Made by a program: the position numbers and the translations under genes. A stretch of DNA of 64,000 bases, taken from the NCBI GenBank assembly GCA_029565395.1, contig JAKQOG010000048.1, forward strand, positions 206 through 64,205, in the 5' to 3' direction. Positions 56,542 to 64,000 of this stretch are shown here, piece by piece. The DNA is from Candidatus Hydrogenedentota bacterium (GTDB lineage Bacteria; Hydrogenedentota; Hydrogenedentia; Hydrogenedentales; CAILVY01). The notes below the pieces were generated by a model. It saw only the letters and a program-made list of their open reading frames with translations. It was not told the DNA's origin and searched no databases. The stretch's first letter is position 1. Every line of letters begins with the position of its first letter.

Positions 56542-58944
56542 TTAGTTCCGCAGTGGTTTGCCGCTGGCCAGCATGTGCTGCATGCGCGCCTGGGTCTTTT
56601 CCATGCCACACAGACTGCAGAATGCTTCGCGTTCCAGATCCAGGATATCCTGTTCCGTGACCGGCATCCCTTGGATCCGGTCGCCGCCCGCGAGCACATG
56701 CGCGATCTTGCCCGAAATGATCATATCGTGTTCGGAAGCCCAACCGGCCTGGTTCATGCCCCAGACGCCCGCGTTGAAGGCCGCTTCGATGCTCTCGCCG
56801 AGCGCCCAGAGGCGCGGCGGACGCGGCGCGCGGTAGCCCATTTGGAGCATGCCGAGCACCACGTTCTTCGCGCGGCCCAATTGCAGTTCGAAGTTCGGCT
56901 CGATGATGTCGGTGGGCCGCAGGTAGCCGAGTTCGATGAACTCGCCGGCACTCGTGCCCACTTTCGCGGTGGCAATCGCTTCAAATGCACGGCGCACATA
57001 CTGGAATGCGTCCGCGGATACATTCGCGGGAATATATTCCAGCGCGCGGACCAGCATTTCCTTGGTGCCGCCGCCAGCCGGGAGCAACCCCACGCCCACT
57101 TCTACCAACCCTGCATAGGTTTCACCGGAGATAACGCATTTGTCGGTGTGCATGCAGATTTCCACGCCACCGCCGAAGGTATAGTGATGGGGCGCCGCCA
57201 CGATCGGCTTGCTGCAATATTTCATGCGCGCGCCGGTGTCTTGGAGGGCTTTCACCACCGCTTCAACGTTCGCCCAGTTCTCCTGCATGATCTCACCCAG
57301 CAGCATGAACAAATTGGCGCCCGCGCAGAAATGCGGCCCCTGGTTGCCGATGACCATTCCGTCGTATTTCCCTTCGTCCAGGAGGTCCACGCCTTTGTTC
57401 AGCATCAGGATCATATCACCGTCAATCGCGTTCATTTTGCAGTGGAATTCCACGTTGATGACGCCATCGCCGATGTCAATAATGCTGGCACTGTCATTCG
57501 ATGCAAGAACCTTGCTCTTGTCCAGGTTCTTAATGGATGCCAGCTTGACTTCTTTGGGATTTTTCTTGACCGGCTTGTAGGACTTGGACGCCAGATCGAA
57601 GAACATTTCCACGCCCTTCTCCAGCTTGTAGAAGGACTTGGCGCCCGCTTTGCGCATCGCTTCCACGAGCGGTGGCATCTTAATGCCGGCGGCTTCCATC
57701 TTCGCCGCGAAGTCTTCGAAGCCCAGCATGTCCCAGGTGTCGAAAATGCCGGTTTCCCATGCAAAGCCCCAGCGCACCGCGTTGTCAATGTTCACGATGT
57801 CGTCGGAGATTTCGGGGATGCGGTTGGCGGCATAGACGCACAGGTTCGCGAAGAACTTGAAGAGGAACTTGGAACCTTTGTCCTCGCTGAAAAGCATGAT
57901 CTTGAACTTTTCCGTGAGGTCTTCCACGCTCCGCACCGCGCCCGTGCAGTCAAATTTCGCCTTCACCGGGGGACGGTATTCGACGGTGGCCGGATCAATC
58001 GCGTAAATGATGGCCTTGCCTTTTTCGTCCTTCTCGGCGGTTTTCTTGTAGAAGCCAGAGCCTGATTTGTTGCCCCAGTACTTCTTCTCGACCATCGCAT
58101 CGTACCAGTCGGGGCCTTTCATAATGTCGTGCCACTCGTCGTCCGGGCAGCCGTTGTAGACATTCAGCGCCACCTTCTGGAAGGTGTCGAGGCCCACCAG
58201 GTCGCACGTGCGGAAGGTCGCGGAGCTGGCATGCCCGATGGCCGGGCCTGTCAACGCGTCCACTTCTTCCGGCGTCAACCCTTCCTTCGTCATTTCATGC
58301 ATCAAATACTGCATGGCGAAGGTGATGATGCGGTTTGCGCAGAAGTTGGGCGTGTCCTTGGCATACACGATGCCTTTCCCCAGCACATTTTCCCCAAACC
58401 ACGCCATGGTTTCGATGACCTCCGGCAGGGTGTCCGGACCGGGGATCAGCTCCAACAGTTTTAAATACCGCGGCGGATTGAAGAAGTGCGTGCCCATGAA
58501 ATGCTCGCTCATTTCCTTGGGCATAAAGGCCGCCATATCCTTCATCCGTATACCGCTGGTGTTCGAGGTGACGATCGAGCCCGGCTTCCGGTGCTGCGCC
58601 ACTTTCTCGAATACCGTTTTCTTGACATCCAGGCGTTCCATGACCACTTCAATGATCAGATCGCAATCGGCGATCTTATCCATGTTGTCGTCAAAGTTGC
58701 CCGTGTCAATCATCTCCACGCCGCTCTTCACAAAAAGCGGCGCCGGTTTAGCCTTGAGCAGGGCAGCCTTGTTGCCCTCCACCAGACTATTCCGCTTCTT
58801 CTTGTTCTTCTTGTCCTCCTCGGACAGGTTCGGTGTCACGATGTCCAGCATTACGCTGGGAATCCCGCAATTCGCCATGTGTGCGGCGATCGCGGCGCCC
58901 ATCACGCCCGAACCCAACACTGCGACACGCTTAATTTCCTTCAT
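56542..58944 (-). CDS. fadN: Bifunctional 3-hydroxyacyl-CoA dehydrogenase / enoyl-CoA hydratase, FadN-type domain order
   Basis: The N-terminal NAD Rossmann is VAVLGSGVMGAAIAAH. A C-terminal crotonase fold follows (NQGPHFCAGANL). The protein is 800 aa and sits directly upstream of the thiolase on the same strand. Confidence 0.8.
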   Translation of the reverse strand: MKEIKRVAVLGSGVMGAAIAAHMANCGIPSVMLDIVTPNLSEEDKKNKKKRNSLVEGNKAALLKAKPAPLFVKSGVEMIDTGNFDDNMDKIADCDLIIEVVMERLDVKKTVFEKVAQHRKPGSIVTSNTSGIRMKDMAAFMPKEMSEHFMGTHFFNPPRYLKLLELIPGPDTLPEVIETMAWFGENVLGKGIVYAKDTPNFCANRIITFAMQYLMHEMTKEGLTPEEVDALTGPAIGHASSATFRTCDLVGLDTFQKVALNVYNGCPDDEWHDIMKGPDWYDAMVEKKYWGNKSGSGFYKKTAEKDEKGKAIIYAIDPATVEYRPPVKAKFDCTGAVRSVEDLTEKFKIMLFSEDKGSKFLFKFFANLCVYAANRIPEISDDIVNIDNAVRWGFAWETGIFDTWDMLGFEDFAAKMEAAGIKMPPLVEAMRKAGAKSFYKLEKGVEMFFDLASKSYKPVKKNPKEVKLASIKNLDKSKVLASNDSASIIDIGDGVINVEFHCKMNAIDGDMILMLNKGVDLLDEGKYDGMVIGNQGPHFCAGANLFMLLGEIMQENWANVEAVVKALQDTGARMKYCSKPIVAAPHHYTFGGGVEICMHTDKCVISGETYAGLVEVGVGLLPAGGGTKEMLVRALEYIPANVSADAFQYVRRAFEAIATAKVGTSAGEFIELGYLRPTDIIEPNFELQLGRAKNVVLGMLQMGYRAPRPPRLWALGESIEAAFNAGVWGMNQAGWASEHDMIISGKIAHVLAGGDRIQGMPVTEQDILDLEREAFCSLCGMEKTQARMQHMLASGKPLRN

Positions 58945-59296
58945 TGGTCAGCCTTTCCCTACGTGTTTCGCAATCCGGGTTAATAAAAAACCTACCTAAC
59001 GTTCGTTAAAGAAACGTCTCCCTATAGTACACAAGAATCCGCCCCGCGTCAAGTCTTTCCGCCGGGAAAATTATCCCCAGTAAAATGGGGGTGGAAATGG
59101 GGAAAGGGGCGGGAGAGGGATTTTGCGGGTTCTGGAGGATAGTAAAGGTGTAAACGCTTCAAAAACGCTTTATTTTCTAAGACTTGGCGGACAAGCATGG
59201 TGGAAAGACCTTGATAAGTGGCATTTATGAACATGATTCGATACACTATGGCCTCATTTTGTTAAAAGAATCAAATACCCGGCATACACGCATGGT

Positions 59297-62056
59297 GTGG
59301 TAAAGAAAGCAGCTATGAAAACTTCATTAAGTCAGAGGGGGACGGTGTGTATCCGGTGGCGTCTGGACTGGCTCATATTGTTCCTGTTGCTGGCTGTCAG
59401 CATTGTCATCGTTTATCATTATTACTTATTGCCGCCTTATTTCCCCAAGAATTTTGGCGCCGTGGATGTGTACACGCTTTTTGGCCCTTTTGCTTATCTT
59501 TTGGATACGGCGTTACATGAGGGGCATTTCCCATTATGGAATCCATTGTCGTATTGCGGGCAACCATTCGCGGCGAATCCCCAGACCTCGTTGTTTTATC
59601 CTCCCCAATTGCTCCGGTCTGTTCTCACCCTGGAGCCCACTCCGTGGGCCACTGCCATTAGCTTGCAGATTTTGGTGGGCTTCCACATCCTTTTGGCGGG
59701 CATGGCCACCATCGCCTTCGCGCGGAGCTATGGATTAAGCCGTTCTGCGTCGTTCACGGCCGCCGTAGTCTATGTTTTCGGCCCTCATTCCATGTTGCGG
59801 GTAATGGAGCACTGGACCCTTTTCGCAATTACCGCCTGGCTGCCGCTGGTACTTCTTTTAGCGCGGCGCGCGATGGAGGCGGATCAAGGCCGTGACCGGG
59901 TGAGATATATGCTTTTAGGCGCGCTGGCGTTCTCCATGTGCATTCTTGCCGGATTTCCCCAGGTAACCTATTATTCAGCACTGGCCTTAGGCTTGTTTTG
60001 CGGACTGCACGTATTGGCCCATGTGGAATGGAAAGTGCGCGGACGCTTCCGCCGTCTGTTCAGGCGTTCCTTTTCCACGCTGATCATTCTAGGGGTTCTT
60101 GTGTTTGTTTCAAGCCTGATAGCCGCCGCATTTCTTCTGCCGGCCGCGGAATTCGCGGGCTTAAGCTCACGAATCAGCGGCAGCGGGCTTCGTGTCGGTT
60201 CGCCGCCCCAGGATTTGAACCCAGTTCACCTGCTGCAAAACCTGGCGATATTCACAGGCGCGAAAGACAATTGCCAGGGGTGGCGCGCAGCGGGTATTGC
60301 ATCGTTATTGCTGGGCATGGCTGCGTTTGGCCATCGCCGCCGCCGCGATGTATTTGTGTTTTGCGCTTTCTGTATCATCATGAATGACCTGGTTATTGGT
60401 CCGCCAATGCCTTTTGGCCGCCTGCTGGCCATGGTGGACGTATTCAATTTCGGTTCCCCATGGCGGTCAAACATTGCTGCCAGCCTTCCCTTTTCCCTAT
60501 TGGTTGGATTTGGGTTGGATGCCGCTACGGAACGGATAAAAACCATATCAGGCACGGCATTACGCACGTTTTTGTATTTATTGATTGGCGCATTGGCCCT
60601 GAAGGCCGTTATGGATTGGCGAACCGATCATCCTTTCTTACAGACTTCCCTGGCGGTTGTTATCCTTCCGGCCATTACGTTGGGAATCCTGCTGCTCGCC
60701 ACACCGTTAAACCGGCCGGCATTTCTCCGGCCGGTAATTGCCCTGCTTGTATTCGCAGAAATCGCCGCCTGGGCGTATTATTATGTGCCCGTCTACATCA
60801 ACCAGCGTATGCCGCGAAGCACGATTGCAGGGACGGGTGAACTGCCTGTTTTTTGGAAGGATAACATTCGGGGCACCGTGCCGCGGGCAAACACCAACTG
60901 CTGGACTTTGTCCCCGGCGATTAACGGGTATGATGCGGTGTATATCCATGATGTGCGGCAAGCGCTTTGCACGCCGGGCCGGGAAAGGAATTACTACCGG
61001 GTGCTGCATACCTGGGAAGTTCAAGTGGACAACCAGCGCGGCAATTTGTTCCTGAAACGCGCCTTCTGGCTGGCGCGTGATTTCGTGCGCGGACCCTTAC
61101 CGCCCAAACACGCCTTATTCCCCAGCAGCACTACCGTATATTTGCCTGACCCGCCGCCGGAGCTTCCCATACCGGAAGTGCCCCGGGCTAAAGTGCCTGC
61201 CAGGGCTGTTTCCGAGGATGTCGAACGTGTTCTGGTGGCGGAAGAAGCGCAACTCAAACAAAAGCCCGCCACCCAAAAAACAAAGAGAAAAGAGAGTCTT
61301 GCATTGCCAACCATAAACGTTGGCAATATACACAGTGCACTCGAGCTAACGTATACCACAACCAGTCAGGTTGATTTGAATATCCAGTGTTATGAGCCTT
61401 CCACCAAACGACGGGAAGACGGATTCAGGAACCGCCTTAAACCCACCCGCGGCCAGGAAGCCAAGGTGCAGATTGCCCTGCCCGACTTCATGGATCTTCA
61501 AGCCACCTTGCAGTGGGAAGCGCCGCCGAACACATTGCAGCTCATACGGGCAGAACTGTTGAAAGACCGGGCGGATGAAAACAATTTGATTCACATTATC
61601 AGCCGTTCATTTGACGAAGTTGAACTGTTGATCGACAAGCTGCCCGCCCCCCGTATTCTTACCTTTTTAGATTCCCATTATCCGGGGTGGAAGGCGTATG
61701 CAGACGGTCAGCCTGCCCCTATTTTTAAAGCCAACGATGCTTTTAAAGCCATCGCATTGCCTGCCGGCGCTCACCACGTGATCTTTCGTTTCGAGCCTGT
61801 GCGGGTATATGCCGGTCTTGGCATTTCACTCATTTCAACCGGCGTTGTACTGATAGCCCTCCTCTTTCTGCGGCAAAAACCGCAGAACGACATTTCCACA
61901 TCTGAAGAGCCTCCGTTGCCTATATTTTCCGACAACAGCAGGGGCGGGGAACATAACATCGAACCCGCTGAAGAACCTTTTCCTCCGGTTATTTCCCCTG
62001 ACGAGATTTTTCCAAACAGCCAAGAGACGGATGGCCAAGATTCATTGAACCGGTAA
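59297..62056 (+). CDS. Large polytopic membrane protein, YfhO-like
   Basis: The N-terminal half has ~12 TM segments. WNPLSYCGQPFAANPQTSLFYP resembles the YfhO family block. The C-terminal ~350 aa are extracytoplasmic. Confidence 0.5.
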   Translation: MVKKAAMKTSLSQRGTVCIRWRLDWLILFLLLAVSIVIVYHYYLLPPYFPKNFGAVDVYTLFGPFAYLLDTALHEGHFPLWNPLSYCGQPFAANPQTSLFYPPQLLRSVLTLEPTPWATAISLQILVGFHILLAGMATIAFARSYGLSRSASFTAAVVYVFGPHSMLRVMEHWTLFAITAWLPLVLLLARRAMEADQGRDRVRYMLLGALAFSMCILAGFPQVTYYSALALGLFCGLHVLAHVEWKVRGRFRRLFRRSFSTLIILGVLVFVSSLIAAAFLLPAAEFAGLSSRISGSGLRVGSPPQDLNPVHLLQNLAIFTGAKDNCQGWRAAGIASLLLGMAAFGHRRRRDVFVFCAFCIIMNDLVIGPPMPFGRLLAMVDVFNFGSPWRSNIAASLPFSLLVGFGLDAATERIKTISGTALRTFLYLLIGALALKAVMDWRTDHPFLQTSLAVVILPAITLGILLLATPLNRPAFLRPVIALLVFAEIAAWAYYYVPVYINQRMPRSTIAGTGELPVFWKDNIRGTVPRANTNCWTLSPAINGYDAVYIHDVRQALCTPGRERNYYRVLHTWEVQVDNQRGNLFLKRAFWLARDFVRGPLPPKHALFPSSTTVYLPDPPPELPIPEVPRAKVPARAVSEDVERVLVAEEAQLKQKPATQKTKRKESLALPTINVGNIHSALELTYTTTSQVDLNIQCYEPSTKRREDGFRNRLKPTRGQEAKVQIALPDFMDLQATLQWEAPPNTLQLIRAELLKDRADENNLIHIISRSFDEVELLIDKLPAPRILTFLDSHYPGWKAYADGQPAPIFKANDAFKAIALPAGAHHVIFRFEPVRVYAGLGISLISTGVVLIALLFLRQKPQNDISTSEEPPLPIFSDNSRGGEHNIEPAEEPFPPVISPDEIFPNSQETDGQDSLNR

Positions 62057-62193
62057 CAGGCTATCAGTCGTCCATGCCTCGGTAAAAAGAGAGAAATGGC
62101 CTCCTGAAAAAATCCGTTGAGGCTGGATAGATGATCCCGAATTGCATCATACTTCCTACTGTCAATATAGTGGTTGTGGAAAGCGAGGATATC

Positions 62194-63633
62194 ATGGATC
62201 GTAGAACATTCCTAGTCATGAGTTCAGGCGTGGTGGTGGGATTAAATATGCCCTGGGCACGCCGTGCGGCGGCGCAACCGGATGTAATTGAGCCGTTCAA
62301 GATCAGTCTGGCGGAATGGTCGCTGAACCGCGCCCTGGCGGCGAAAAAATTAACCCACATGGACTTTCCGAAAACGGCCAAATGCGACTATGAAATCGAT
62401 TGCATTGAACTTGTGGATCAGTTTTTTGCCACGAAATCGAAGGACATGAACTACCTGAAAGCATTCAAGCAGCGTGCGGACGATGAAGGGGTGCGCATCG
62501 GCCTGATCATGCTGGACACCAATGGCCCCCTGGGCTCTCCGGACAAGGCGCGGCGGGACAAGGCCGTGGATCAGACGTTTCCCTGGATTGACGCCGCGAG
62601 ATTTTTTGGCGCCCGGACGATCCGTGTCAACGCGCGTGGTTCTGACGATCCCAATGTGTTGCGTTCAGGCATTGTAGAAAGTTGCGCACGGCTTGCGGAG
62701 TACGCCTCGGCCCTTGGCATCAACATCACCATCGAAAATCATGGCGGGCCATCATCCGACCCGCAGTGGCTGGCCGGCGTAATGAAGGAGGTAGGCAAGG
62801 CCAACTTCGGCACGCTGCCGGATTTCGGGAACTTCCCGGCGGATACGAATCGCTACGATGCCGTGGAGGCCCTATTGCCGTACGCAAAAGCGGTGAGCGC
62901 CAAAGCCACCCAGTTCTCGGCGGACGGCCAAATCACCGACACGGACTTCCGGCGGATGCTGCGGATTGTCCGCGATGGCGGCTACACCGGCTATGTGGGG
63001 GTGGAATCCGCACCGCCCTCGGCAGACGAGGAACCCGCTGCGATTCGCATAACACGCGACATCCTCAAGAGAATTCGCGAGGAACAACAGCGGTGCGTCC
63101 CCATTTTTAACGGGAAAAGCCTGGAGGGGTGGTCTTTGGTGGAAGGCGGCGAATGGACCGTGGAAGATGGCGCGCTAGTGGGCCGAAATGGCAAGAATTG
63201 GTCCACCGATCCGGAGAAAACCGGTTCCTGGCTCCGTACCAATCAGGAATACGGCGATTTTCGCCTTGAACTCCAGTACAGCATCAACGAAGGCGGCAAC
63301 AGCGGGGTGTTTTTCCGCTCCGCGCTAGAGAAAAATCCCGCTTTTACCGGATATGAAATGCAAATCGTCGACGCCTTTGGCCAACCGCCGAACAAGCAGA
63401 GCGCCACGGCCATTTATGACGTTGTTGCCCCCATGAAAAACCTGGTGCGTCCGGCGGGACAATGGAACACGGTCACTATTATTGCTAAAGGCCCGAAAAT
63501 TGCCTTTGAAATGAACGGAGAGAACGTGTTGGAAGCAGAACTGGATCGGTCGTTGCGTGGATACATTGGTTTGCAAAATCACGATGCGCATGCCGTGGCA
63601 AAATTCCGCAATATCCGAATCGAGGCGCTGTAA
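62194..63633 (+). CDS. TAT-exported fusion: sugar-phosphate isomerase/epimerase (xylose-isomerase-like TIM barrel) + DUF1080 (3-keto-disaccharide-hydrolase-like) domain
   Basis: The start is moved to the ATG at 62194 (GAGGAT RBS); the ORF track starts at 62131. MDRRTFLVMSSGVVVGLNMPWARRAAAQ is a TAT signal. The C-terminus reads FNGKSLEGWS...FRLELQYSINEGGNSGVFFRS...GYIGLQNHDAHAVAKFRNIRI. Confidence 0.7.
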   Translation: MDRRTFLVMSSGVVVGLNMPWARRAAAQPDVIEPFKISLAEWSLNRALAAKKLTHMDFPKTAKCDYEIDCIELVDQFFATKSKDMNYLKAFKQRADDEGVRIGLIMLDTNGPLGSPDKARRDKAVDQTFPWIDAARFFGARTIRVNARGSDDPNVLRSGIVESCARLAEYASALGINITIENHGGPSSDPQWLAGVMKEVGKANFGTLPDFGNFPADTNRYDAVEALLPYAKAVSAKATQFSADGQITDTDFRRMLRIVRDGGYTGYVGVESAPPSADEEPAAIRITRDILKRIREEQQRCVPIFNGKSLEGWSLVEGGEWTVEDGALVGRNGKNWSTDPEKTGSWLRTNQEYGDFRLELQYSINEGGNSGVFFRSALEKNPAFTGYEMQIVDAFGQPPNKQSATAIYDVVAPMKNLVRPAGQWNTVTIIAKGPKIAFEMNGENVLEAELDRSLRGYIGLQNHDAHAVAKFRNIRIEAL

Positions 63634-64000
63634 TTGTTGCGTTTGCCCAAACGAAACGACATCACGCCCGCAGACCCGCGGGAAGAACCCACGCGCTATT
63701 ACTATTGGCCGATGGTGGGATGGTTCTACCGGAAACGGCTGCGGATGGTGGTGGAGGCGCTGGGGAATAGGCGGTATGCCAGACTGCTCGAAGTAGCCTA
63801 TGGCAGCGGTATTTTTCTTCCCACCTTACATGGCCTGTGCGATGAATTGCACGGGCTTGACCTTCTGGATCGTCAGGAGGTGGTGCAGGAAACCCTGCGC
63901 AAGGCGGGCGTCTCCGCACACTTGCAGGTTGGCGACGCGTTGGCCATGCCCTATCCCAACGAACACTTCGACGCTGTTGTGAATGTGAGCATGCTGGAGC
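63634..64000 (+). CDS. Class I SAM-dependent methyltransferase (partial, runs off window end)
   Basis: The frame opens right after the upstream TAA, giving a probable TTG start. LEVAYGSGIFLPTL is motif I, and VGDALAMPYPNEHFDAVV is the post-I/II region of Methyltransf_11-type enzymes. Confidence 0.45.
   Translation, partial: MLRLPKRNDITPADPREEPTRYYYWPMVGWFYRKRLRMVVEALGNRRYARLLEVAYGSGIFLPTLHGLCDELHGLDLLDRQEVVQETLRKAGVSAHLQVGDALAMPYPNEHFDAVVNVSMLE

Noticed and set aside
55450-58065. 349-aa and 496-aa plus ORFs
   Set aside because: They are antisense to the thiolase and fadN genes, whose catalytic motifs are clear on the minus strand.

Overview
This is a GC-rich (roughly 58-62 % by eye) bacterial chromosomal segment. 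The gene content looks like a PVC-type organism (Planctomycetota/Verrucomicrobiota-like) but no phylum can be assigned without searches; the evidence is giant secreted repeat proteins, a TAT-signal Gfo/Idh/MocA enzyme, DUF1080 and DUF4838 proteins. No rRNA, tRNA, CRISPR array or transposase is visible.

The first ~31 kb is the striking part. Five complete giant ORFs (about 0.9-2.5 k aa each), plus the last 8 codons of a sixth at the window start, all encode signal-peptide-bearing multi-repeat surface proteins. Their domains include parallel beta-helix (PbH1), LRR, InlB-B-like repeats, Ig-like domains, a CHRD domain and two repeat families I do not recognise. All six end in the same ~90-aa Cys-containing dockerin/EF-hand-like module with the tail ...GTEDG[YF]CPG. 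In four of them this module is preceded by Glu-Gly (EGEG..) low-complexity linkers encoded by perfect tandem DNA repeats. The 3' ends of the paralogs share long identical nucleotide stretches. I regard this as a candidate undescribed surface-display or variation system.

The remaining ~33 kb holds housekeeping and accessory genes: a TAT-exported Gfo/Idh/MocA oxidoreductase, an Hsp70-like ATPase, a DUF342/FapA protein, RtcB, a DUF4838 protein, smg-topA (topA with four C-terminal zinc ribbons), an NTase-fold gene and an MBL-fold hydrolase. A low-GC islet then carries a PIN/VapC remnant and a two-gene cassette of unknown function. Further on are a CBM9-like secreted protein, TonB-like + ExbB without ExbD, two tandem RND permeases without adjacent MFP or OMF, Bacillus-type fadN-fadA, a YfhO-like membrane protein, a sugar-phosphate-isomerase::DUF1080 fusion and a partial SAM methyltransferase.

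Small non-coding elements noted: several sigma70-like promoters, GC hairpin terminators, a perfect 44-nt palindrome, and three copies of a GCGCAGA-N5-TCTGCGC hairpin.
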